A DNA stretch of 64,000 bases, from contig CBDFIJ010000004.1 of NCBI GenBank assembly GCA_965248055.1, positions 1,856,001 through 1,920,000 of the forward strand, written 5' to 3'. This DNA is from Candidatus Multivoradales bacterium. Lineage in GTDB: Bacteria; Acidobacteriota; Thermoanaerobaculia; Multivoradales; JAHEKO01. Of this stretch, positions 49,276 through 59,109 are shown in pieces. The position numbers were made by a program, and so were the translations under genes. Under the pieces are notes generated by a model. The model had not been told where the DNA came from, made no database searches, and was given only the letters and a program-made list of their open reading frames with translations. Within the stretch, counting starts at the first letter, position 1. Each line of letters opens with the position of its first letter.

Positions 49276-49339
49276 GGGGACACGATCTTTATCGTGTCCC
49301 CTCTTTCTTGCTTGGGGACACAATCCTTATCGTGTCCCC
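49276..49339. repeat. REP-like palindromes, tandem copies E and F
   Basis: GGGGACACGAT-CTTT-ATCGTGTCCCC (49276-49301) and GGGGACACAAT-CCTT-ATCGTGTCCCC (49314-49339). Confidence 0.85.
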
Positions 49340-51613
49340 TCTTATCAAGGCGGCGAACTCATCCGGATCGGTCGTCGGTCGCTTGCAGGCTCCAGCCTGG
49401 CAAACATAAGCGGTGGGCTGTCCGTCGATCGCATACTTTCCTTCTAGGACTGGAAAGATCTTGGTCTGACGCTCAAGGTCGCTTCCTTCAATCGCTTGCA
49501 GGGTGACCAAATTAGGCCGGAAGGTCGAACGCAAGACCGCCTGGAACGGGGCTAGTTCGGCTAACTCGGTGGCTGCGACCAAGACAATCTCTTTGGGTTG
49601 TGCGTGGCGAAAGTCGAGCGCCAGCAGCAACTCCGCCAAAGCCGTCGGTGATTGCTCTAGACGTCCTCCCAGTGCGGTGAATAGCTCGTCGGCTCGTTTG
49701 CGAAAGCGATCCTTGCCGGTCATCTCGGACCATCTCAAGAGGTTCATCGCGGCAATCGAGTTACCGCTAGGCTCGGCGCCGTCGTAGGCCGGTTTCTCGC
49801 GAGCTAGCAATTGCTCACCGTCATCAGCAGTCAGGAAATAGCCCCCGCTAGCATCCCAGTAATGGTCGTCAAGTACTGCTTGCAGCGCTGCTGCATGCTC
49901 AGCCCAGGCACTATTTCCACTCGCCTCGTAGAGATCCAGTAGCCCGGCAATCAAAAATGCATAATCGTCCAGCACTGCAGCGCCCCGCACTTGCCCGTTG
50001 CGAAAAACTCGATACAGACGATCATCCAGGATCATTTTCTCGGTCAGAAACTCTGCCGCACGCTGCGCCCGGGATACCAGCTCCGGTCGGTTGAGTGCCC
50101 GACCGGCACCAGCAAAGGCAGATATCGCCAGTCCATTCCACGAGGTTAGAACCTTGTCATCGAGTAACGGCGCGGGTCGCAGGGCCCGAATCTGGCGTAG
50201 TCGCTCGCGAAGCTCAAGATTTTGGTCTAGAACCCCAGGACGATTAGCGGAAAGGTGAAGTATAGAGCGCCCGTCCAAGTGTCCCGCCTCAACCACATTG
50301 TACGCCTTAGTTAAGTCTTTCGCCGATTCCGCTCCTAGGTGTTTTACTAGTTCCTCAGGGGTCCAGGTGAAAAACCAGCCCTCTTCCATTTCCCCTTCTG
50401 AGTTGCGGCTGTCCGCATCGGTGGCGGAGAAAAACCCTCCTTCTGGGGAAGACATATCGCGATCCAGGTAGTTCAAGACATCCAGAGCAACCACCGACAG
50501 TCCACCCCTAGCTTCTGAACCGGTCGCTTGCTGTGCCTCTACATAGGCCGGAACCAGCAACGCGTTGTCGTAGAGCATCTTTTCAAAATGCGGTACCAAC
50601 CATTTACGATCGGTTGAGTAGCGGTGAAAACCTCCCCCCAGCTGATCGTACATTCCGCCGGAAGCCATCGCATGTAGGGTGTGGGTCGCCATTTCTAGGT
50701 AGGAGTGCTCGGACTGCCGCTGGGCGACCCGAAGCATCAACCGCGCCGGAAGATGGCTGGGAAACTTGGGTGATTGGTTTAGGCCGCCGAGTTGGTGGTC
50801 ATAGCGCCCAGCATAGGAAGCCGCCGCAGTATCAATGACCTCAACACCGGGAATCTCTTCGACCCGCGGTCCTAGTTCTCCCAGCATCGCTCGAATTCTC
50901 TCGACCAAGGAATTGGAAACCTGATCCACTCGGTCCGGTTGGTCAGCATAGGCGTCTTTCAATAGCCCGAGCTGGGTTAAAAAGCCATGACGGGTACCAC
51001 GATCTCCATCGCGAGCCGGAATGTAGGTCGCAGCGTGGAACGGCTTGCCATCGGGGGTCAGCCACACCGTCATCGGCCAGCCGCCACCGCCGATCATCGC
51101 TTGCACTGCGGTCATATATAGAGAGTCCACGTCTGGCCGTTCTTCGCGATCCACCTTGATCGCCACGTAGTGCTGGTTTAGAAACTCGGCGATCTCCAAG
51201 TCTTCAAATGACTCCTCTTCCATCACGTGACACCAGTGACAGGTCGAGTATCCGATCGAAAGCAAGACCGGCCGATTGAGCTCTCGCGCGGTCTCGAAAG
51301 CCTCTTCGCTCCAGGGATACCAATTGACCGGATTGTGCGCGTGCTGCAGTAGATACGGGCTCGCCTCAAGAATTAACCGATTGGTGAATCGAGCGGAGCC
51401 GTCTTTTTTCAGATGGTGTGTGCGTGGACGATAGTCGACCCTTTGATCCTCAACCCCTTTAGCCAACTCTTTGGTCAGAGCAGGCGAATAGGCTTCGGTT
51501 CCTGGGTGGGTTTCGGTCATCGATAACTCCTGTGCACACGAAGCACCGGCAAACAGAACACTTCCAGCGGCGAGAATTGAGCACCAGCGCGCCAAGAGAA
51601 CTGTTTTCGTCAC
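49289..51613 (-). CDS. Thioredoxin-domain protein, YyaL/SPATA20 (DUF255) family
   Basis: [41 protein letters not shown]; start uncertain. Confidence 0.92.
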   Translation of the reverse strand: MTKTVLLARWCSILAAGSVLFAGASCAQELSMTETHPGTEAYSPALTKELAKGVEDQRVDYRPRTHHLKKDGSARFTNRLILEASPYLLQHAHNPVNWYPWSEEAFETARELNRPVLLSIGYSTCHWCHVMEEESFEDLEIAEFLNQHYVAIKVDREERPDVDSLYMTAVQAMIGGGGWPMTVWLTPDGKPFHAATYIPARDGDRGTRHGFLTQLGLLKDAYADQPDRVDQVSNSLVERIRAMLGELGPRVEEIPGVEVIDTAAASYAGRYDHQLGGLNQSPKFPSHLPARLMLRVAQRQSEHSYLEMATHTLHAMASGGMYDQLGGGFHRYSTDRKWLVPHFEKMLYDNALLVPAYVEAQQATGSEARGGLSVVALDVLNYLDRDMSSPEGGFFSATDADSRNSEGEMEEGWFFTWTPEELVKHLGAESAKDLTKAYNVVEAGHLDGRSILHLSANRPGVLDQNLELRERLRQIRALRPAPLLDDKVLTSWNGLAISAFAGAGRALNRPELVSRAQRAAEFLTEKMILDDRLYRVFRNGQVRGAAVLDDYAFLIAGLLDLYEASGNSAWAEHAAALQAVLDDHYWDASGGYFLTADDGEQLLAREKPAYDGAEPSGNSIAAMNLLRWSEMTGKDRFRKRADELFTALGGRLEQSPTALAELLLALDFRHAQPKEIVLVAATELAELAPFQAVLRSTFRPNLVTLQAIEGSDLERQTKIFPVLEGKYAIDGQPTAYVCQAGACKRPTTDPDEFAALIRGDTIRIVSPSKKEGTR

Positions 51614-51892
51614 CGCGCCAGAGTACCCCGTAAACCAGCACCGTCTCAAAGACGCTCGACTAATACAGAGCTTTGCCAGGGATCTTTTCTTCTTTGAGCG
51701 CCCGCACTTTGCAGTAGATCAACCAGCGCGCTTTGAGGTTTCTGACCCAGGTTGGTGGTCGCTCATCGAGAGCGTCTTCCAACTCAAGCTGTTCTCGGTA
51801 TTCTTCGATCTCTTCCTTTGAGGCTGTCGACGCGCGCTAGCGGCCGTCGGCAACAAAATCAACTGTTGAGCTATCTCGGTTTGAGCTTTCAC

Positions 51893-53329
51893 TCATCTGA
51901 GCGATCCCCCCAGTTCCACGATGGTCGTTGCCAACAACTCTACATCCTCCTCCCGAGTGCGCCAGTTGGAGATCGCCGGGCGAAAGGCGGTCTTGCCACA
52001 GTAATCGGTGGTGCCGACATAGACCCGGCCATCGCTAAGCACCGCTTCGCCAAGACGCCGGTTGAGATCGTTGAGGTCGCCCTCATCCATGCCTCCCGGG
52101 TTGTAGCGGAAGCAGACGATGTTGAGTTGGACGTCAGCCAGTCGCTCTAGATCCGTCGCGGTGTCGACCACTCGACCCAGATACTGCGCCAAGTCGATGT
52201 TGCGCTGGATGATCTCGGTGTGGCCTTGGCGGCCATAGGCCCGTAACGACGCCCAAACGGAAAATGCTCGCGCGCGACGCGAACTCTCGGGGCCAAAGGC
52301 ACCGATGGTTAACTTGGGATCGTCCGGCGCCGGCAAGTAGGCGGCGGTGTAAGCAAACGACTTGGCCAACAACTTGGGATCTCGAACGTAAGCGAAACCG
52401 CAGTCGTAGGGCACGTTCAACCATTTGTGACCATCCACGGTAATCGAGTCGGCACGTTCAACGCCCTCGGTTAGGTGACGTGTCGCTTGGCAGGCACGCG
52501 CGAAGAGACCAAAGGCACCGTCGACATGCAGCCATGCGTTGTACTTGTGCGCCAGGTCAGCCATCTTGTCGATCGGGTCAAAATCACCAGCGTTAACCTC
52601 TCCGGCGTTGGCAATCAGGACCGCCGGTTTGCCGTTGAGCGCTTGGAGCGCAGACTCCATCAACTGCAAATCAACGGCTCCGGTAGCACTTGACGAACAG
52701 CGAACCACTTGGCCCCGACCGATCCCCAGCATCGAGCAGACCTTGACCGCGCTGGCGTGGACATAGCCACTGGAGATCACTGGGACCGGAGGCAGCCCGC
52801 TTAGTCCTTGCTCTGAAACGTCGACCCCCTGTTCTTGTCCCCACCACTGCCGCGCCGCCGCCAGACCAACAAAATTGGCCATCGTTGCGCCGGTGGTCAT
52901 CACGCCAAATAGATCTTCCGGTAGATCCATCAGCTCTTTAAGCCAATCCAGGCTCACCACTTCCAGCTCAACCCCGAGCGGCGTGGTCACCCAGGTGTAG
53001 GCAATTTGATCCAAGGTCGAAGCCCACCAGTCAGCAGCTAGAGAAGCAGGGGTCGCGCCGCCGATCACAAAGTGGAAGCAACGCGGCCCGGCGGTGGCGA
53101 TGGTGGCGTCGATGCCTTGGTTGATCAACTCTTGTAGCGCCGCAGTGGCACCCGAACCTTGTTCGGGCAAGGAAACCCGGAATCGTGACAACGCCTCTTC
53201 CGGGTCTCCGGTGACCAACGGACGCTCGTCGAGTGTTGCTAGATAGGCGCCTGCTTCCCGCTTCACCAACGCCAAGACCGGCTCCATTTCATCGGCTCGG
53301 GGAAAGTGGTTGGAGATCGTTTTCATCAT
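51893..53329 (-). CDS. Group II PLP-dependent amino-acid decarboxylase
   Basis: TTGATMANF, WLHVDGAFG, VDGHKWLNVPY, LNIVCFR. Confidence 0.9.
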   Translation of the reverse strand: MMKTISNHFPRADEMEPVLALVKREAGAYLATLDERPLVTGDPEEALSRFRVSLPEQGSGATAALQELINQGIDATIATAGPRCFHFVIGGATPASLAADWWASTLDQIAYTWVTTPLGVELEVVSLDWLKELMDLPEDLFGVMTTGATMANFVGLAAARQWWGQEQGVDVSEQGLSGLPPVPVISSGYVHASAVKVCSMLGIGRGQVVRCSSSATGAVDLQLMESALQALNGKPAVLIANAGEVNAGDFDPIDKMADLAHKYNAWLHVDGAFGLFARACQATRHLTEGVERADSITVDGHKWLNVPYDCGFAYVRDPKLLAKSFAYTAAYLPAPDDPKLTIGAFGPESSRRARAFSVWASLRAYGRQGHTEIIQRNIDLAQYLGRVVDTATDLERLADVQLNIVCFRYNPGGMDEGDLNDLNRRLGEAVLSDGRVYVGTTDYCGKTAFRPAISNWRTREEDVELLATTIVELGGSLR

Positions 53330-53465
53330 ATTCTTAGGCACCCCTCTGGCAAGGCCATTTCACGGGTGGAATATTCTCACTTTTTCCTAGAACACCCCGT
53401 TTCTTTACCGTACCAGTACCGACTAAAAGCACGGATTACGGCGCTCTCAATGGTAAAATCGGGCC

Positions 53466-53708
53466 GTGAACAACCCCCAGACAAGCAACAGTGACCGCGC
53501 CCGTGGCCGACGCTCCTGGCCAATACGCCGCTTTCGCCTTGATCAGCAACCGGAGGAGAGCCTCCTGTCGACGACAACCGCCTCCGAACGGGTGGCGATG
53601 GTCGAGCAGTTGACCAGAGATGCGTGGAGCTTTTCTGGCGGCATGCCAAAGCCTCTTGCGCGGGATAAGTGGCCCGGGTGTTCCTTTCAGCGTTTGGCGA
53701 CACGGTGA
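53466..53708 (+). CDS. Small hypothetical protein paired with a nucleotidyltransferase
   Basis: TASERVAMVEQLTRDAW; GTGA overlap with the next gene. Confidence 0.55.
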   Translation: MNNPQTSNSDRARGRRSWPIRRFRLDQQPEESLLSTTTASERVAMVEQLTRDAWSFSGGMPKPLARDKWPGCSFQRLATR

Positions 53709-54154
53709 ATACCGATTTCCGCGACTTACTCGCAGAGTTGCTCGCCATGAAAGCCCGTTTCTTGGTTGTCGGCGCTCATGCCATGGCGGCTCATGGCACC
53801 CCGAGAGCTACCGGTGATTTGGACATTTGGGTCGCCAACGACGAAACCAACGTGTCTCGGGTTTGGACCGCGCTGGGAAGCTTCGGCGCCCCTGCCCGTG
53901 CGCTCGGATTCTCCGAGAAAGACTTGAGGATTCCCGGAATGGTGTGGCAGATCGGCGTGCCTCCCAGGCGCATCGACATTCTTACCTCTATTGATGGCGT
54001 CGACTTTGGAGATGCCTGGGCAAAGCGGATCGAAATCGAGGTCGACGATTTGATCATCCCGGTATTGGGCTTGTCGCAACTTCGCGCCAACAAGGCCGCG
54101 ACTGGCCGCACCAAAGATCTTGCTGACCTAGAAATTCTTCCAGAAGCTGATTGA
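53705..54154 (+). CDS. Minimal nucleotidyltransferase-family protein
   Basis: LVVGAHAMAAHG.PRATGDLDIW and NKAATGRTKDLADLE. Confidence 0.8.
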   Translation: MNTDFRDLLAELLAMKARFLVVGAHAMAAHGTPRATGDLDIWVANDETNVSRVWTALGSFGAPARALGFSEKDLRIPGMVWQIGVPPRRIDILTSIDGVDFGDAWAKRIEIEVDDLIIPVLGLSQLRANKAATGRTKDLADLEILPEAD

Positions 54155-54162
54155 TCAGCAGC

Positions 54163-56949
54163 TTAGACCGAGGCGTAGGCGCCACGGAAGGTGGTTTCCG
54201 CCACCGACTCGGACACTTTTTCAATCTTCGCAGCACAAACCTTGTATTCACCGGTTCCGGTGACCTTGTCGCCAGCGTCTACAGTTAGTCGATTGGTTAA
54301 GGCTTGGGGGAAGTGAAACGGCATCCAAATCGCGCGGCGGCGTACTTGGCGGCTAACCATCGCCCGACAACGCACCCGCCCTCGACGACTCACCACATCC
54401 ACCATCTCGCCGTCGGAAACCCCTAGCTCGCGCGCGTCGCGCGGATGGATCTCGACGAAGGCTTCCGGCTGTTTGGCGGAAAGTCCCGTAGAGCGACGAG
54501 TCTGGGTTGCCGCGTTGTAGTGGTACAGGGTGCGACCGGTGGACAAGATCAGTGGGTACTCTGCGTCTTCTTGCTCAAAGGGCGGTTCAAAGTCAACCGG
54601 TTGAAACAAGCCTTTGCCGCGCAACACGCCACCCTTGTGTAGATACTCGGTGGAGGGCTGGTCGGCTGAGGTGACCGGCCACTGTAGCCCACCTTCCGTC
54701 TCAATTCGCTGGTGAGAGATGCCGGCGAATTTGGGAGTTAAGGCCACCATTTCTGAGTAGATTTTCCCAGTGTCAGCGTAGTCCGGCTGCTTCAGTCCTG
54801 AACGCCGCATCACTTCCAACAGAATCTGCCAATCAGCGCGGGCTTCGCCTGGGGGATCGACCGCTTTGCGCACCCGTTGCACTCGCCGGTCCGAGTTGGC
54901 AAACACCCCTTCTTTTTCGGCGAAGCAAGCGGCGGGCAGAATCACGTCGGCGTAACGAGCCGATTCGTTGAGAAAGATGTCCTGCACCACCAGAAAGTCG
55001 ATTTCGTTCAATGCCTCTTCGACCTTACCGGCGTTGGGCTCAGAAACCACAATGTCCTCGCCCATCAGGTACATGCCGCGCAGCTTGCCCTTCTGCATTA
55101 CCTTCATCATCTCGTTGAGGTTCAAGCCCGGGCGCTCACTCTGGGCCACGCCCCACAGGTCTTCATACTTTTGCCGGATCTCGGGATCGGAAGCGTCTTG
55201 GTAGCCGGGGTAGAACACCGGTGTGGCGCCAGCGTCGTTGGCACCCTGAACGTTATTTTGGCCGCGCAGTGGGTTCATCCCCACCGAGCGGCGACCCAAG
55301 TGGCCGGTCATTAACACCAGGTTGGAGAGCGCGTAGACGTTGTCGGTGCCACAGGTGTGCTCAGTAATTCCCAGGGTGTAATAGATGCCTGCTTTGTCGG
55401 TGGCCGCATAGGCGCGGGCAACTTCGCGGATTTGATCCGCCAGAACTCCAGTGACTTTCTCCGCCTCCTCGGGTGGGTAACGAAGCACGGCATCACACAC
55501 GGCGTCGAAGTTCTCGGTGTTGGCTTCAATCCACTCGGTAGCTTCCAGGCCTTCGGTGACGATCACGTGAGCCATTGCGTTCAACAGCCAAACATCGGTG
55601 CCGGGTTTGAGTTGTAGGTGCCAGTCGGCGTAGTCGACCAAGGGTATCCGGCGCGGATCTGCCACCGCGATGCGGGCACCGTTCTTCACCGCCCGCTTCA
55701 TCTCCATAGCGATGATCGGGTGCGCTTCGGTGGTGTTGGAGCCGGTTACAAACAGGAAATCAACGTCACGGATCTCGGGGATCGAATTGGTCATCGCCCC
55801 GGCTCCGTAGGTGGCTACCAGACCGGCAACCGTGGGAGCGTGTCACGTGGCCGCGCATTGATGGACGTTGTGGGTCCCGTAGGCTGCGCGTGCCAGTTTC
55901 TGCATCAAATAGTTCTCTTCAACCGTACACCGGGAGGAGCTGATGAAGCCCAGCGCGTCGGATCCGTGCTCGGCTTCCACCGCCTTGAGCCCGGTGACCG
56001 CACGATCCAAAGCCTCATCCCAGGACGCGGGCACCAAAGCACCAGAGTCGTCACGAACCAACGGCGTGGTCAGTCGATCTTCGTGGTGGATGAAGTCGTT
56101 GGCGAAACGCCCTTTGACGCATAAGTTGCCATCGTTGACCGTGGTTCCTGGTGGAGGACTGGTGACCTTGACCACCTGACCCCTCCCTTTGTTGGCTTCA
56201 CGATCGACGTTCAGGTCTACCTGACAGCCGACGCCGCAAAAATTGCAGGTAGTGCGGACCTTCTCGAGTTCTTTTTCGGGTTTGCCGTACTCCAACCCAG
56301 TTCGCTCGCCCATCGCTCCGGTGGGGCAGACGTCGACACAACCGCCGCACAGCTCGCAGGTGGAGTCCAACAATCCACGTCCGTCGGCGGTCGAGATGGT
56401 GGTGTGGGCCCCGCGAAACGCCAACCAGATTGCCGACACCGCTTCGACCTCTTCACAGTAACGAGTACACAACGAGCAGGCGATGCAGCGATCGGGTCGA
56501 AAGGTGATGAACGGGTCATCGTTGTCACGACCTTGCCGCACCTGCTCCAAGGACGGCCACGTTCCCGCGGTTCCGTATTGATCAGCGAGGTCGAAAAGTC
56601 TTGAAGGATTGTTGTCTTCGGCTTGCTCTCGATCTTGTGGAGTGTCGGCCATGTGCAACGACAAAGTGAACCGGCGGTTGCGCTCCACCCGCGAGGTTTG
56701 GGTGCGCACCACCATCCCCGGAGTGGTCGGGAACGCACACGCAGGTTGCATCACCCGAGAACCCTCAACCTCCACCAAACACATGCGACAAGCCCCGGCT
56801 GGGGTCACCCGCGGATCATGGCAAATGGTGGGAATCTCAACTTCAATCCGAGCCGCAGCCTCAAGAACCATTTCGCCGGGGCGAAAGTCGATCTCGTTGC
56901 CGTCGATGACGATCAATTGAGATTTACTGGGCACAGATGGGTCGGTCAT
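54163..56949 (-). CDS. fdhF: Formate dehydrogenase alpha subunit (Mo/W-bisPGD), selenocysteine-containing (TGA 55845-55843)
   Basis: [2Fe-2S], 2x[4Fe-4S] and CNFCGVGC..CVKG motifs; CAAT-U-HAPTVAGL..GAGAMTNS; PLRGQNNVQG; both ORFs in frame. Confidence 0.92.
55813..55831 (-). promoter_or_regulatory. SECIS hairpin of fdhF
   Basis: GGTTGCC-GGTCT-GGTAGCC, 11 nt after the UGA, as in the E. coli fdhF layout. Confidence 0.8.
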
Positions 56950-57480
56950 AAGGCGTGAGGATTATATGCGGGTGCCACTGGCCACGGAGAGCAGCGGCAG
57001 CGTGTTGGTTGCACGAATCGTTAGCCCGTGCGGAATTCTGGGACGTCCAAACCATAATTCCTTCGCGGCTTATCGGATCGCAAATTCCGGGTTACGACTA
57101 TGCCACGCTCCCCTATTGGCCCGCTCCTGAATCCCGAGCGGAATTCCATGGCGTCGGACTTACGGTTTATTTCGAATCCTCAGGCTGCGAACTCCTCCTC
57201 GCTCGCGTTTGATCCGTCTGCGTTCCAGCTTGTTAGCCCATGTATTCCAGGTTGAACCAGTTTGACTAAGGGCTCTCATCACTATTGTCGATACGCTCTT
57301 TGCCGCTGCATCCCTCCGGCCAGCAACTGAGCCTGAATTAATACTGGGGACTGGGCTGCTCCATCGATCGCGTGGCGAACACTCTAGTGTGTTGTTTGGC
57401 TGCTGGTCCATTGCCCTCGACAAACATCGGTTGTTCAAGGCTGGTTGCTGCGGTCGTGGACTGAAGCTTTCCCGAGAGGC

Positions 57481-57512
57481 ATACCCAGGGCCTTAGGGCC
57501 AGCCCTGGGTAT
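57481..57512. repeat. Strong isolated hairpin
   Basis: ATACCCAGGGC-N10-GCCCTGGGTAT. Confidence 0.55.
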
Positions 57513-57682
57513 CGTGGGTTTACTGCCAAAGAGACATGTTCGGAGTCCAGGTTTTCCCGGAAAATCCAGGCTCTCAATCCGTCATTATCCAGCTTCGGAC
57601 TACGAAGTCAGACCTGCCGACAGGAATGCGGCGCCAAGTGCAATTCGCCAACATTTAGCGACTTTGACAAACAGTGCAGCCA

Positions 57683-58120
57683 CTAAAAGGAATTTGCGCA
57701 AGTAACGCAGCAACTTGTCCACACGTTGTCGCAACCAGTAAGGCAAGTGGAGTTTCCGTTGCAGGATGCCGCACAGACCTTCCACTGGTTTGAACATGAA
57801 TTGACACAACTATTATTGATTTTCTTCCATGCTCCACCGCCAGCTTGGAAGCAAAAGGCGAGATCTATAAATCCGGTAGGCGAAAACGTCGAGTCCGACC
57901 CTTGCTGAGAGTGTTCCCCGCTGAGGTCCGCCGTAAGAAACAGGAGGTCGTCAGAAGGTAGGGTAAGCTGCTCTTCCCCAGCCATTACAGCAGCATCGGC
58001 CTTCGCTGGGTCTTCAATCTCTTTGAGCTCACCGGCTTGGCTGTGGGGACCCGCCAGGGTCACGGCCAGTACCATCGCGCACGCGGCAAGGGCGGTTGTC
58101 CAAGCAATAGATTTCCTCAT
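57683..58120 (-). CDS. Secreted prepro-peptide with a 10-Cys C-terminal core
   Basis: GGAGG RBS; signal peptide ending HSQA; acidic spacer; C-x14-C-x3-C-x6-C-x3-C-x5-C-x3-C-x6-CC-x2-C. Confidence 0.75.
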   Translation of the reverse strand: MRKSIAWTTALAACAMVLAVTLAGPHSQAGELKEIEDPAKADAAVMAGEEQLTLPSDDLLFLTADLSGEHSQQGSDSTFSPTGFIDLAFCFQAGGGAWKKINNSCVNSCSNQWKVCAASCNGNSTCLTGCDNVWTSCCVTCANSF

Positions 58121-58185
58121 TCTTTCCTCCAGTCGGTTGTGAGTTAGCGCCTTTGGGCGTGAACTCGGGCATGTAGGTGGCTGGA

Positions 58186-58218
58186 CCCGGTGGTTCCCCG
58201 GTGGTTCCCCGGTGGTTC
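58186..58218. repeat. Three perfect 11-bp tandem repeats
   Basis: (CCCGGTGGTTC)x3, 66-98 nt upstream of the Cys-rich peptide ATG. Confidence 0.85.
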
Positions 58219-58829
58219 CCAACCCTTCTTATTTGTATAACGGAATTGACCGCATTGGACTGCCAAGTCCCGAACAGTATCGCTAGTGGCCTAGCCCTAG
58301 TTACCGGAGGATCTTCTTGATCGAAAACGAAGCTACGGTGCTGCCATTGCAGTCGCAATCAGATAAATGAAGATAGGGTACTCGTCTTTGCTAGTGATCT
58401 ATACGCAGGCGATATCGCTAACGAAATTCAAGATAGCACCTTTGCAGCAAGGAGATTCGCTCAGGTCTCTTGGGCAGGGTTACCTTCGCAGAAGCTGTCT
58501 CCAATGCGCTTCTGTCCTCCCGGTATTCACCCAAACGGACATACGAGATTTCTTGGTGAGGACAACAAGAATGTGATCTTGGAACGGATTGCTTTGTGCC
58601 GGGCGCTAACGATGACCGGAGATCGAGACTCCGGGCAGGAGCAGATCCAGCTGGCGTGCGATCGACAAGAAGGAGTGCTTCAGGTGTATGGGTTGGGCAA
58701 ACTGACTCTTTTTCGAGGAATGCGGACGAGCGAACCGTGAGTTAGGGTAATGGTCGGTCGTGGGCTGAATGAATTTCGGAGATTTGTTTCTTCGGAGGAC
58801 CTATCCCTGTTACTTATGAGGTCCGAATC

Positions 58830-59010
58830 GCCGTATCGGCAAAGACTCAAGCCTTGGAGGCTTGGGTGGCGTCGCATGCGATTATGAAAACTCGATGTAA
58901 TCAAACAGATCACGCTGCGCTTGTCTTCTCCTGGTACAACGTGCGTGGTTGGCTCGCTCCCTCCTTAAGCTGGCAAAACTCTCAAGTCAAAAGTTATCCC
59001 AGTAATCGAC
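58830..59010 (-). mobile_element. Degraded IS3-family transposase C-terminal remnant
   Basis: DYWDN(F*L)ESFASLRRE...RRQAQRDLFDYIEF / HNRMRRHPSLQGLS, with a stop and a frameshift. Confidence 0.75.
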
Positions 59011-59109
59011 TTCGTGAATCACGTCTTCCTCCTCCCAGGTGACGCATCGGGCGGTTCAAGCTAGCATTCCCATGCAGGCTTGCCACTCGGCAAGCCGCAC
59101 TACCAATAC

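Noticed and set aside
12721-49339. GGGGACAC palindromes as CRISPR repeats or ordinary terminators
   Set aside because: They are dispersed, with no regular spacers or cas genes; they lack U-tracts and one lies between divergent genes
49289-51613. YyaL thioredoxin-domain gene as part of the metal operon
   Set aside because: Opposite strand, separated by the Fpg/Nei gene; a widespread family
56950-57680. Short ORFs downstream of the Cys-rich peptide as real genes
   Set aside because: No RBS or recognisable motifs; frequent stops; probably decayed sequence
58250-58266. Sigma54 promoter (TTGGCA...TGC) for the Cys-rich peptide gene
   Set aside because: GG-to-GC spacing is 9 nt rather than the required 10
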